Positions 41,750 to 56,130 of a stretch of 64,000 nucleotides of DNA are shown in pieces (position 1 is the stretch's first letter; each line of letters opens with the position of its first letter). The notes under the pieces are model-generated. The model did no database searches, had not been told where the DNA came from, and worked only from the letters and a program-made list of their open reading frames with translations. A program made the translations under genes and the position numbers. The DNA is from Chrysomallon squamiferum (Eukaryota; Animalia; Mollusca). Location of the stretch: contig CM022667.1 in NCBI GenBank assembly GCA_012295275.1, positions 14,942,001 to 15,006,000 of the forward strand, written 5' to 3'.

Positions 41750-43135
41750 TTATTTAGTAAATTCCACAGTGAGAGAAATTTGGTATAATTATACGTTTCT
41801 TTATTTATTTAGTAAGTTCTACAGCGAGAAAAATGTGTTTTAATTATATGTATAATTATTTATTTAGTAAATTCTACAGAGAGAGAAATGTGTTTTAATT
41901 GTATGTTTCTTTATTTATTTAGTATGTTGTACAGCCAGAAGAATGTGTTTTAATTATGTTTATTTATTTATTTAGTAAGATCTACAGAGAGAGAAATGTT
42001 TTTTAATTATATGTTTGTTTATTTATTTAGTAAGTTCTACTGTAAGAGAAATGTGTTTTAATTATATGTTTGTTTATTTAGTAAATTGTACAGTGAGAAA
42101 TGTGTAGTAATAGTATGTTTTATTTTTTTTATTTAGAAATTTTATTGCGAGAGAAATATGTTTTAATTATATGTTTGTTTATTTAATACGTTGTACAGAG
42201 ATATGTGTTTTAATTATATGTTTATTTATTTAGTACGTTTTACAGAAAGAGAAATTAGTTTTGATTATATGTTTATTAATAAGCTCGACATACTGAGAAA
42301 TGTGTTTTAATTCTTTGTTTATTTATTTAATAAGTTGTACAATCAGAGAAATTAATTTCAATTATATGTTTGTTTATTTATTTAGTAAATTCTTCAGTGA
42401 GAGAAATTAGTTTTAATTGTATCTTTATTTATTTAGTAAGTTCTACAGTGAGAAAAGTGTGTTTTAATTATATATTTATTTATTAATTTAGTAAGTTGTA
42501 CAGTGAGAAATGTGTTGTAATTGTATGTTTTGTTTTATTTATTTACTAAGTCATACAGAGAGAGGAATGTGTTTTACTTATATGTTTGTTTATTTAGTAA
42601 GTTATACAGTGAGAAATGTGTTTTAATTATATGTTTACTTATTTAGTAAGCTCGATAAACAGAGAAATGTGTTTTAATTATATATTTATTTATTTGGTAA
42701 GTTATACAGTGTGAAATGTGTTTTAATTATATGTTTACTTATTTAGTAAGCTCAATAAACAGAGAAATATGTTTTAATTATATGTTTGTTTATTTAGTAA
42801 GTTGTACAGTGAGAAATGTGTAGTAATAGTATGTTTTTTGTTTATTTATTTACTAAGTTCTACAGAGAGGGAAATGTGTTTTACTTATATGTTTGTTTAT
42901 TTAGTAAGTTATACAGTGAGAAAGGTGTTTTAATTATATGTTTACTTATTTAGTAAGCTCGACAGAGAAATGTGTTTTAATTATATGTTTATTTATTTAA
43001 TAAGTTCGACAGTGAGAAAAATGTGTTTTAATTATCTGTTTGTTTATTTTTTTATTTACTTATTTACAGTAAGAGAAATTAGTTTTGATTATATGTTTGT
43101 TTATTTATTTAATAAGTTCTACAGTGAGGAAAATG
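41750..43135. repeat. ~50-bp minisatellite array (same family as 12036-12680)
   Basis: More than 25 diverged tandem units. Confidence 0.9.
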
Positions 43136-43191
43136 TGATATAAGAATGTGACTATGAATCAAGAAACGGGCTATATATTCTCACCTGGCTA

Positions 43192-43868
43192 CTAGTTACG
43201 AGTGCTCCAAATTACGAGTTTCTGAGTTTTTGCTTGGAGTTGCGAGCCAAAATCCGAGTTACGAGCGAGCTTCAGATACCCTTCTGCTAGTTGGCGCAAC
43301 GAACAACGCAGCATCCGCCCAGTATCCCGCGTGTCACTCTATTGCTTCACGTGGGTACCATCTCTGTTGTGTTGTGCTCGCGTTGTGCAGTGTTTTCCCA
43401 AATATCCATGGATCCCAAGAAAGTGAGTGCAAAGGACAGTGTTCAGAAGAAGAAGCGGATGATGTCCACTGAATTAAAGCATGACATCAGAGAAAAAATT
43501 GAGCGAGGTGTGCATGCACTCGACTTGGCTAGGCAGTGCGAGCGTATTTATTTTACGATACGTACCATGCTGAAGCAGAAGGAGTCGATAAAGGCTATAA
43601 CTAGAGCCAAGACGTTAAAATAATTTTGAATCTGCGGGCCTCTGTCCATGAAAAGATGGAGAAACCCTAACCTTGTACACTTTACATATATACATATATT
43701 TTTATTATTTAAAAACACTTTACAAACAAAATGCTGTGGTTTTTGTGGGGCTGTAACGGATTAATGTTATTTCAATTAATTTCATTTGGGAAAACTCTTT
43801 TAATATACGAGCAAATTTAGTTACGAGCTCGGTCACGGAACGAATTAAACTCGTAAGTCAAGGTACCA
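43192..43868 (+). mobile_element. Internally deleted Tigger/pogo-family DNA transposon, copy 2
   Basis: 43408-43620 encodes MDPKKVSAKDSVQKKKRMMSTELKHDIREKIERGVHALDLARQCER..TIRTMLKQKESIK, the N-terminal CENP-B/psq-type HTH of Tigger transposases. Same right terminal repeat as copy 1. Confidence 0.85.
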
Positions 43869-46619
43869 AATTATGTTAATTATATATTTGTTTATTCATT
43901 TAGTAAATTCTACAGTGAGAGAAATTTTGTCTAATTATACGTTTCTTTATTTATTTAATGAGTTCTACAATGAGAGAAATTAGTTTCAGTTATAACTTTG
44001 TTTATTTAGTAAGTTCTACAGTGAAGGAAATGTTTTTTAATTATATGTTTATTTATTTATTTAGTAAGATTTACAGTAAGGGAAATTAGTTTTGATTCTA
44101 TGTTTGTTTATTTATTCAGTAAGATTTACAGTGATGAAAATGTGATTTAAGAATGTGATATGAATCAAGACTCGGGTTATATACTCTCACCTTGCTACCC
44201 GTCCAGGTATGCCAGGTAAAACATATATTACCTGCACATTCTGGTTATTACATTTATAATTACGTTATAACTTTACATAAGAAAATATGTGTTTATTTGT
44301 CATATATAAATACATTATCATGCTTATAATGTTTTAGTTTTTTCTTTCTTATTGTTATTATTATTATTGTTGTTGTTGTTGTTGTTGTTATTATATTTAT
44401 AATTACTTTATTATTTTTATTATTAATCAAAATCAATTGGTTATATGCAACAGTTTCTATTAATTTTACCACTGATCTGTAATTTGTTACAAACAGTTAT
44501 TGCACATTTTTTGGTCCGAATATTCCTAGATAGAAAGAGCATCAAAATACCTACAGAGCGACTAAATCAAAATAGCTAGATAGGAAGAAAATCAAAACAA
44601 TTGGATAGTGAGACAATGAAGTTTGAAACATTGTTATACTACAGTCATCTAGTTTATAGTGTGTATAGTGTGGTGCAGTGTGTGTGCGTGTGTGTGTGTA
44701 TGTATGCTCTTTTGTGTCGATCTAGCAAAAGTCATCACTTCGTAAAATATTTGAATTTCCGGTTTCTGACATTAATGAAATCTACAGGTAGATTCCTATT
44801 AAAATTTCTTTTACTTATTTAAATGTTCAATTTACGAAAGATTTTGATATTTTATTTTCAGACGAAACTGTACAGAAAACATAAACAGAGTATAAAACAA
44901 CAATGACTTCATTATTTATTAATTATGTTAACCATGTTGAATACATGAAACTAAATCAGGAAATCGTTAGTTTATAATAACAAGTGAAGGATTGCTACAA
45001 ATACTAATCAATAACAATAATATTAGTGTAAATATCTATTTACTCAGAATAATATTAGTGTAAATATCGATTTAATCAGGATACAAGTCTTTTTTATCTT
45101 CAACATCTGTTTGTAGATAAAACACATTAACAGTGGTAACTGTTTAGATGTTTCTTTACTTATTTATTAGTTTTAGTTACTTTATTATTTTACGATTCTT
45201 TACCGACAGTTATTACAATTCTACAGCATTTATTCTATTGTTTTACAACACGGACACATAAAAAAGTATTACAGTAAATAATTTATTCCTTGTTAATATT
45301 ACAAGAACGACTCTCCAAGAACAAAAACATTGTAATATTAATAACGGTTAATTATATTTCTCATTTAGTATTCCAAATATTAAAAGTAGTGTTAAGGTGT
45401 TAAATTATAATTTTTTTAAATTTTATTTTTAAACATTCAATTAAATAAACTTATGGCAATCAAGGGTTACCCATTTGGTACACATCCATTTGTCACACAC
45501 ATATGAGAAAACAAACATTTGATAAAATAAAACTATATAAAAATCTTATACTAAACACTATAATAGCAGTTTAATTGCTATAAAAAAAAGTAAAAATATT
45601 TAATACTACTATTTAGTCAAATAAAAATATATATACACTTCACATTTAAAATGAAAATACAGTTTTGCTTAGACTAAAGACAGCAAACCATTCAGTTGGT
45701 TTAACTGAAGTATTCTGAAAAAAAAAAAAAAAAAAAATAACATCCTTTAAATTCAATATTAATATAAAAGTTTCCTCACTATGAACATTGTAAAACATTT
45801 AGTAATACAAAACTATTTTGTAAAGTAAATAAATATATATATTAATTTTGCTATTAACATTAAAACAGTCTAATAGCAACACAAGTAATAATGAAATCAT
45901 GAATATAACACTGACTGAATAACTTGATCAAAATTAACATTAGTATTAATATCATTGTATTATTATTGGGAACCCTAATACATCTTAACATCTTTTTAAA
46001 TTGAATTGTCCAATAAATCCCCAAAATTCTTTCAGTGAAAAGTCCGAAGATAAATAGAATTATAAGAAAAACTATGCCATATGTTAATACAATATTTGAG
46101 TAGAAACAATAGACCATACAATAAGATAATAGGATATTCATACAGAAACGAAAACTACATGACACATTTATAAAATATTTGAATAGATACAATAGACAGT
46201 TCCATACATTAATACAATTTTTGAATAGAAAAAGCAGAGTACGTAGTACATTAATCATTATATCTATCTATCTATATACACTTTTGAAATGAAAAGTTAT
46301 AAAATGTACATATTATTTAACAAACAATTAAATACGCTAATACAACATTACATTGAAAATATGTACAAATGAAACAGTTTAAAATCAGAAGTCGATGTGT
46401 TTCAGAATGAAGTAGGAACTTAAGGACAACTTTGTACTACAGAAATTATAAATAAAATTTAGATTTCTTCTCAACAATGTTTTTGCTTTTAAGAGCATGA
46501 ATTTCTTACAAAAATATTATTTTTGCACAATTATACGATGTTCTCACCAAGTAATCTTACACTTAAAAGTGACAGTCTGTGTCCACTGAACAGTTCTGGG
46601 GTTTCATATCAAAATTTAT

Positions 46620-49600
46620 TTATCCATTACCATCTTTAGCACCATACTCCAATAAATACAAAACAGTTTCCTATTTGATAAAAGGAAATTTGCAACTCTT
46701 AGCTAAATCAAGAGGAGTTTGACCAAAGGAATTAACAAAATTTATATCAACACCTTTTTCAGTCAGTACTGAAAGCACTTCTGTATTTCCACATACGACT
46801 GCCACGTGCAAAACACAATTGTCTGTTAAATTAGGATCAGTTCCATGTTCCAGTAAAGAAAGAAGTACATTTTTTTGTTCATACAAAAAGAGCTGTTGTT
46901 CTTCAAAAAAAGCAGTTTCACATTTGTCAAATGTTTTTTTTTCAATATTTACATCACTTCTTCTTTTCAGTTCAATCAGTGTTCAAAGAAAGAGAATTAC
47001 AGGCCTCATACACATCACTTCCTTTTTCAATCAGTGCTGTGACAATTTCTAAATTTCCTTGTTCAGCTGCTAGGTGTAAAACAGAATTGTTATCATTGTC
47101 TGTTAAATTAGGATCAGCTCCTTGTTCCAGTAAATAAAAAACTAGTTGACATTTTTCATCATTCAGAGATGCACCAGGTTCATCTCCATCATAATTAAGA
47201 GCTGTAAAAAGAGGAGTTTCACCTCGATTGTTGATACTATTTACATCAAAACCTTTTTTAATCAGAGCAGTCGCAATTTCTAGATTTCCATATTTAGCTG
47301 CTACGTGTAAAACAGAATTGTTATCATTATCTCTTAAATTACGATCAGTTCCATGTGTTAGCAAATAATGAAATACACTGTTTTGTTCAGACAAAACAGC
47401 AGTAAAAAGAGGAGCTCTACCATAACTGTTTTTAATATTTACATCAATACCTTTTTCAATGAGTGCTTTAACAATTTCTAGATTTCCATATTTAGCTGCT
47501 AGGTGTAAAACAGAATTGTTATCATTATCTGTTAAATTAGTATCAGCTCCATGTTCCAGTAAATATAAAAATACTTCGATATTAAGACGGTACATATTTG
47601 GATGTTCGTAATTATTGTATTTGTAGTAATCCAGAGCTATAAAAAGAGAAGTTTCACCTTTTTTGTTTTTACTGTTCACATCAACTTCCTTTTTAGTCAG
47701 TGCTTTCACAATTTCTAGATTTCCTTGTCTAGCTGCTAAGTGTAAAACAGAATTGTTATCATTGTCTGTTAAATTAGGATCAGCTCCCTTTTTTAGTAAG
47801 TAAGAAGCTATTTCTGGTCTGTTATTTTTTAACGCCAGAAAAAGAGGAGTTTCTCCTTCAATGTTAATTACATTTATTTCAACATCCTTTTTTGTTAGTT
47901 TTTTCACTACATCTATGTCAATTTGAGATGCTATGTGCAAGGCTGAATTATTTTGTTTATCCACTATTTTATTATCAGCACCGTTTACGAGTAACAACAA
48001 AGCTACTTCCTTTCTGTGTGTCACTGCTTTTACAGCTTTATGAAGTGGAGTTTCTCCCTCACTGTTTACTGCATTAACATTAGCATTTTTCTTTAACAGT
48101 GACTTTAACACATCTAAGTCACCCCGCAGAACTGAAATGTGGAGAGTTGAATCTGAAGGCAACAATTTAAAACTACATTTATCTTCATCGATCTGTTTCA
48201 AACTTGTTTTGTCATCAGAAAACTCTTTTGATCTAATTTCGTGCTCATGCAACAGTTTTGATCTTATTTCCTCTTTAAAGAATTCAGTCAAATTCAGGTT
48301 AACGGGTACATTCGCATTAGGATCAGCTCCTTTGTCAAGAAGACACTGAACAGCACCTACTGTGTTAAACATTACTGCTACTTTCAGTACTTGACTTTTC
48401 TTCCAGTTGTTCTCATCTTTATCATTACGTCTCTGCTCAATGAGAAAATTCACTGTATCAGTGGATCCCCATACTGCTGCAGCTAAAAGTACCTTATCTC
48501 TGTTCTCATCATTTAAACTATCAGGTTTCAGTTTTACTATTTCCTTTGTAACATCTAAATTACTGTGTCCAACAGCAATGATAAGAATGTCTTTAATTTT
48601 GTTTATTACATCAATGGTAACAAGTTTCTTAAAAAGGTGGCTTAATTCAAAAGTCTTATATTGTTCAAGTGTTACTTGTCGATGGAACCTAACCAATAAC
48701 ATTTTCACAGCTTTTTCCTTGATTTCACTGTTTTGTTTCTCCTTGTTTATCATAGCAGCCAACAAACATGCAATATTCATGTTTCCTGAACAAACTGAAA
48801 TATGTAACAAGCGGGAACACAGAGTCAATTTTTCCTCTTTTGTATACTTTAATAGTTCTCTGAGTACGGTAGCACTGTCTGTTTTTGAACACGCAGCTGT
48901 ACAGAAAGTATCAAATGTTGGTGTAACACCTTCTTTTAGCAACAACCTCACAATATCTACATCACCAAACAAACAAGAGATATCCAAAACTTCTTTTTGC
49001 ACAGATACTAATTTCATTTCACACAGCTTTGATGTGAAAAATCTTGACAATGTTCTTTGTCCATTTACAATACATTCACTTGGAACAGATGATGAAAATA
49101 TAATGTTTTTTTCAACTTTCACAGCCCACGTATAACTAGAATTAAACTTTGAATCATTGCCAAGAAGACGTGAGATATTTCTAAATATTTCATCAGCTGT
49201 ATCTTCATGTACACATGATATATATGGATATTTTCTTTCGTCGGACATCAAGGAATCAACGTCGTCATGAAAAGCATACACTCTCTGATTCAGTATTTCA
49301 GACAATCTACCATAAAAGTCTTTTTTCTTTATGAGGTATAGTACAAAGTATTCATCTTTCAGTGATGGATGTGACGTAATCTCTCCAGCATTGTTTGATG
49401 CCAGCAAATCAGTAAATCTGCGAGCAAGAATATCAAAGTAGTCAGGTTTCACAGTCATTGTAAGGTGACTCTCGTTACACACTCCAGGCGTCACAACATA
49501 TTCTAGCAACGTGGAGACAGGACACATTTCTAACAATTCTACTGCTTTCCTTGGAAACTTTGATGAAAACATCAGAAACAAAGCGTCAAACACTGACTGA

Positions 49601-50548
49601 TGAATAAATGTGTATTCATTGTCACAACGCTTCAAAAAGGTACCACACATCAAATCAGCTGCTTTCTGTATACCTTTAAGAGTGGTGACTTTTACATTTT
49701 GACAGAACTGCTCTAGCTGCCTTACTAATTGCATTACGTCACTCTCAGTGTCATCTTCAAATGGGTCCAGTGAATCAATGCTGAGACTGCCTTGTTTGAA
49801 CATGATCAACAATAAAACCAGGTAATTAATCTGTAAAGTTTTGTCACTTTTCAACTTTTCCAGCTCTTTTCTGAAATATTCTACAGGTTTCCTAAAAAAG
49901 CTCAGCTCTTCTTTTTTGTGCATCACTTGAATTAACATAAAATACACACGCTTGAGGAAATCCTAATTCCTTACATGAAGTTTTAATGACAACCATTTTA
50001 TCTATTTTCTTCCATTTTAACATCCTTTTGTTTGAGATATTTGTTTAGAATTTTTTCCTTTTCATCATAATTCAGACAACAGTCATCACTCTGTAGATCA
50101 AGAATATGATTCTCATTAAACAGACCAAATTCTTTTAAATAAATTTCACTTTCTGAAAATATTTGTTTTCTTAAAGTAATAATACATTTCAAAGAATGAT
50201 TCTGAACAAGGTTCCACATCTTTGGAAATTTCTGTTTCCATGATTCTATAAAGTCTAAAACAAGATTAGTCTTACCAAATATATCATCAATGAGAACAAC
50301 ACTTTTCTTATTTGGAGACAGAGAAATGTCATTGAATTCATAGTGATGAGTCAGCAAGTAAGATTCTCTTTTTTCTTCATTTTCTATCTTTCTCATCATG
50401 CTCAGAGCTAGAGTTGTCTTTCCTGAACCTGGACTTCCAATTACAATCACAACATCATTCGTCTTCAGAAGTGTAACACCTTTTTCCTCTGCTCTTGTTA
50501 CAACATAGACATTTCTCTCATCTGATTTTAACACTGACTTGGTAGACT
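46620..50548 (-). CDS. Gene B main exon: nSTAND3-like NTPase + linker + shorter ankyrin array; frameshifts near 50005 and 46900-47010, in-frame TAG at 46671
   Basis: GSPGSGKT, VVLIDDIFG, IITLR; collinear paralog of gene A with about 7 GETP-type doublets; natural-looking end VLYLLEYGAKDGNG-TAA at 46620-46622. Confidence 0.85.
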
Positions 50549-50847
50549 CTGCATGATAACATTTAAAAATAACCCATCTGTTATTAATTGTTTTGAACAT
50601 ATTTTACTGTTTAAATATAAATTATGTAATCTTTAAAATCATCAGAAGTGAAGGTTTTAAAAAAATGCAATAGTTTGTTGTTATAATTTTAGTTCATCAG
50701 TATTTAAGGATGATAATAAGATGTCTCAAATTTTAGATGGTGTAAATTAAAGAGGTGTTTTATCTTGTTATTGATGAACATCTCTGAAAACCATACAATA
50801 ATAATAATAATAATAATATATATATATATACACAATAATAATAGTAC

Positions 50848-50880
50848 CTTTGATATTGGATGCTCGTCCATCAGTCTTTG
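50848..50880 (-). CDS. Gene B 33-nt microexon
   Basis: TTTCAG| ... |GTACTA; identical to the gene A microexon. Confidence 0.8.
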
Positions 50881-51107
50881 CTGAAATAATATAAAAATAA
50901 AACAATTAAGTTTATATTATTGATGTTCAGTAAAACAGAATCATTAAAGTGATCTTTACAACTACTCTATACTTTATTCACGAAAGAGTAAACATATAGT
51001 ATTATTATTATATTTTTGTTATTGATTTCATATAATTACTCTTACTATTAGCAAAACTACTGCTATTGTTTTTTAACACTAATGATATTCATTTATTGTT
51101 ATTGTTG

Positions 51108-51166
<59 letters not shown>

Positions 51167-51566
51167 GTTGTTGTTGTTGTTGTTACATGTACCAGACATT
51201 ATATTTCAATATTTACAGGTGATATTACTGACAGGCATATAATCTTGTTTAATTCATGTTGAGTCATATTAACAGTTTAAACAAAAAAATCTGGATCAGT
51301 TTAACATACACACAGGATGTCTCTGTCTGAATATATTTGTGTTTGTGTGTCCATTGCATGTCTGCATGAATAAGTGTGCATGTACATGTTTTGTGTATGT
51401 GCTAAGTTTATATACATGTACTTTTGTATGTGCTGTTTCTATATTTATATGTGCATGTTTCTTCAGGTCACGGTGTCTGACAGAAAAGTACTAATGACTA
51501 CTGTCACGTGTATTTTGTTATATATTAAACATGCAGAGAGAAGAAAACTTTCAGTTTTTAACTTAC

Positions 51567-51682
51567 TAATTTTAACAACTTGATTTCCAAACACAACATT
51601 CTTGCTATTAGACACAGTTCTTCATTGTGAACTGTGTCGATATTTAGATTATATTTTTCCACTGGTTGTGTTCTTCCAGTAT
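51567..51682 (-). CDS. Gene B RHIM-like exon (116 nt, one base short); restored reading TGRTQPVEKYNLNIDTVHNExTVSNSKNVVFGNQVVKI
   Basis: Same splice sites as gene A, with a 1-nt deletion near 51619. Confidence 0.7.
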
Positions 51683-52067
51683 CTTTGTCAACAGAGTAAA
51701 AGAAATTATATAAATTCACAGTTTATAAATATAATTTCTAAAATCATGTATCTACACGTACAGGTATGACAGTGTACAGTATTAGTACAATCTGTCTTAA
51801 CCTTATTACTGAATATAACAACAAAATTATACATTTTAAACAAATGTGTTTAATATTGTTAAATAATTATGTATAAAATAATAATTAATTAAGTAAATAA
51901 TTTTAAGTGTGTATTTTCTTATGAAAACCAGACAAAAATATTTGAATTGTTAATTTATTATGACTATAAAACAAGAAGGTGACATCTGTAAAACCTTAAC
52001 AAACAAAAAAAAGAGTAAACATGAATTGAAATACTACATTATTAAAGATTAAATATTTTGTTCATAC

Positions 52068-52131
52068 TCTGTGGTAAAGAGACATCTGTGGTGTTAGATG
52101 AACTTTCTGAAATCTCTGATATGTCATCCAT
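52068..52131 (-). CDS. Gene B first coding exon (MDDISEISESSSNTTDVSLPQ)
   Basis: GCCAATATGG start context and phase-1 GTATGA donor, as in gene A. Confidence 0.75.
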
Positions 52132-53569
52132 ATTGGCTGAGCTGTAAAAAAATAATAGAATGATTTTTAAAATAGAAAAAAGAAAATGAGATAAGATGAA
52201 GCAAAATTCAGAACCTTAAAGAAAAAAAAAGAATCAACTGCCAATATTTCATAGTTTACTCTTTGGTATTAACAACAAGTGATGTTTCATTTACTCCTAC
52301 CCACAGACTGTTCATACAATTTGATACATCAAGTGTCCTTATTTTATAAACAGTGATGTCAGATTGTTACACAAAAATACTCATGAAGACATCAATAACA
52401 CAACACCATTAGTGTGAAAACTTAATTCTGTTGTAATTAATTACTTTTGCATCACATCAGAATCAGTTCATTTATAACATTTTATAATAATTAACTGTGA
52501 TAATTACCAAAAAGCGTTTATAGGATTTTTTCTCAACTGCAGACTTTAAGTTATGTCAGTGAAATAGTTATCACAATAGTCTTACATACACATAGCTTAA
52601 TTTTATTGTAAATGTAATCATTACTAGAACATTTATACTGAGTTATATCTTAGTCTTATAATAAATATAATAATTATCACAATAGTATAATAAGTTATAT
52701 ATTAGTTTTGAAATAAATATAATAATTGTCAGAATAATCAAATAAAACAAATTATTTTATTAGTTTTTTCATTTGCATTAATATATATATATATATATAT
52801 ATTAAAAATATATCCGAATAGTTTTAATTATAGTTTTATTATAGTAAATGATGTGATATATAAACGATAGAAATGGAAATGTCACAAATATACACCTGGA
52901 GAAAATTTATCACTGAGACTATATCTGATAAGTAGTTACAACTTTGTGATCATCAACAACAGATAATGTTTCATGTTCCTGAACAACAGTTACAACTGAT
53001 TTCAATGTGACAGGCCAGTGTATCATGTCTCCATGTTTTTTCCAGATAAGGATTTTTAACTCTACCACTGTTCAGTCATTCAGCATCAAGTTGGCAGAAT
53101 GGTGGACATGAGAAACACAAAGATTGCAGAAAATATGAATGCATTCAACAGATATCCCTAAAGAAATTGAAGTTAGAAATATTCAGTTACTGAAAACATA
53201 CCAACATATTTTATTTTTTAAATGAATGACAGTGATTTTGCTATCTTCGAAAAATAACAAAACAAAAAAAACATCATCAGAGTTTTCAGTTAGAAACTCT
53301 TCAGTATGTCCAGCTTCTTCAAGTGTGAAATGTAAATAAATAAATAAATAAATAATAACAAAGAAAACATTAGGTAACAGAGATAAAATAAAATTGTTTT
53401 ATTAAATATTAACTGTTTCTGTCTCAGAGACAACTACGAAGTTTGCTTATTGAAGTCAGTATAAGATATTTTATATAAAGGCTGAAAACTGCTAAAGAAA
53501 TAATTATGATTAACAAACTACTAGAATTATAAGTTATTTTTTCAATAAAACCTGGACCTGGTTTGATAC

Positions 53570-54319
53570 TAGCTTTGACAACTGTTTCAGTCTTGTAGAA
53601 TCACATTCATTACACTTGAATTTGTTTCAGTCTTGTACAGTACATTGTACACTTATAATATTATTTTTAATACTTTTACTGACAATCACATTCATTACAC
53701 TTGAATTTGAAACGTGAATGTCTGTTTATGTTTAAATGAAAGTAGTTAAAAGAAACAGAACATTTACTTACTTAGAATCCAGTTTAACCCATTTTTAGGT
53801 TTGAATATTAACCCAGCTGTCTGTCACTGACCATACAACTGTTCAGTCCTGTCAAGTGAACAATACAAAACATAGATGTTTACAAATTTTATTTATTATT
53901 AATGTATGTTTTCATTTAGAAAATGAAATAAAATATAATATAATACAATACAATAAAAACTTTCCTGTTCTAAAAAAAAAATTGGAAATCATCACTCTCA
54001 AAAACTGAAACTGTTATAAATAGAAAAGACAGGCTGAAATCTTGGAAGTCTTTTCGTATAAAAATTGTTGTTACGTTTAATTTTCTGATGAAATAATTTT
54101 ACCTTTCCCTACATAGAATTTCAGTTAAAAAATTAGGAAATTTGTCAAAAATCGATGATACACATTTTTTTTTCTGTTAAAAAATCTAAATATCTAGATT
54201 CCAATAAAAAAATTAAAATAAAAGAAATTACAAAGACACAGAAAGCAAATTACAGGTATGTAAAATTAAAATTATTATTATTATTATTATTATTGTTGTT
54301 ATTGTTATTGTTATTGTTA

Positions 54320-54363
<44 letters not shown>

Positions 54364-56096
54364 TCATTTGTGGTTATTTTGATTTATACCTCAGATATCT
54401 AAAAGCAGCAGTCACTTATTTCCCTTGTGTGTGCGTGCGTGTATGTTAATTTATACAAGTATCTATTTATAGTGACAATTTATTACATCATGGTGACTAT
54501 GTGACTGATTAAATATAGTCGTGGTACAACTGAAATGACTGGTGTAATTATCTTATTTGTATCGCACATGCACAGAACTTGCATTACTTTATCGTCTTAA
54601 CTGGATACATATAACAAAACCCAATTCATGCACTTATAGAATGCAGAGAGAGGTAACTAGGACTTACAGTAAAACAAATTGTAAGGGAAATAATTCAAAA
54701 AGAATAATTAAAATAGGTAAATTTTCGTTAACTTCTTAACTGTCTGTAATAAAAGTTAAGTTCCGCTAAAGTTCTATAAACAATACTGATAACTGTTTTA
54801 TAATAAAGAGTAGCGTTCATTCTTTGTAACTCATCACATAAACATCAGCTGAAGGAAAATACTATTTGAAAAATAAATGTGTCTTCAGCTTGTATTCTAT
54901 GTCTGATAAATTTAACAGATAAACATTGTGGAACAACATCTCACACTCAATCGTAGCCTCCAACAGAAAAGATTGCTATATATTATTTTTATTTTTTAGT
55001 AATGAGTTTAATTATCTAGCGAACGAATAAAACAATTTTTAATCCATCAGTAACTAGTAAAGAAAGAAAGAAATTACATTAATAAGTAAATAAGTAAATA
55101 AATAATTAAACAAAAAATGACTGACCTTACTTCTTGTATATGTAAAGTGACTTCACCCGTTACATAAAACTTATTCCCATTTAGATGTATTATTTGATTT
55201 ATTTATTATTTTAAATTGTTTTGTTTTTATATTTCGTTAATTAATTAATTAATAATAATAATAATAATAACAACAACAACAACAATTTACAGATTCTCAA
55301 CACAGAGACACTGTTTGCTTTTATCTATTTATTGTTGTTGTATATCTTTATTTCGCGTTTGAGTATACAAGGGTTTAGTGTGAAAACTTCATAACATAAA
55401 TGAAATATTACGACTTAACACTTAACTAGACTTGCTAGAAATAAAATGTCAAATTCATAAATTAAAAATATATCCTTTACTGTTATTATTATTAGTAGTA
55501 TTAGGATTATTATTCTTATCTTCGGAACACCAGACCAATAATACTATATCATTTATGAAATATCTGAATGTGACAATGATGCATACACTCACAATAAACT
55601 ATTTAAAAAAGAAAAATAATACGAAGAAAAATAGAAGATAAAAATAAATAAATAAATAAATAAGTAAATAAATAAATAAACTGAAAAATCACATTCAGCG
55701 CACATGACAAAAACTTTCCATTAAAACATTTATTTTTAATAATGGCCAAAATTTATTATTCTATAATAAAAACAATAATAAGCATTGGCAAAGAAATAAA
55801 TGTCTCTTCTTTTCGAACTGTGTCTACCAAATGTGTCTACCTGAAAATGCTACATAACAGTTACCTTGAACAGTGAACTTGTTTCTTCAAAATCTAACGA
55901 CTGATAAAACTGAGTATTCATGCTAAACCTTTCATTCTCATTTACCGAATCAGTTGATCGCAATAATGTAATTTAATAAATAACTTCATTTCTAATGTCA
56001 CAAATAATACTAATGACAAGATATTCCAAAATAAGAACAAAATCAACTAATGAATACAATTGTAATGAGGAATAGCCTCCAACAGAAACCAGATCA

Positions 56097-56130
<34 letters not shown>

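Noticed and set aside
43291-43623. Functional or domesticated transposase
   Set aside because: Only the N-terminal HTH remains, with no DDE domain, and the sister copy is frameshifted.
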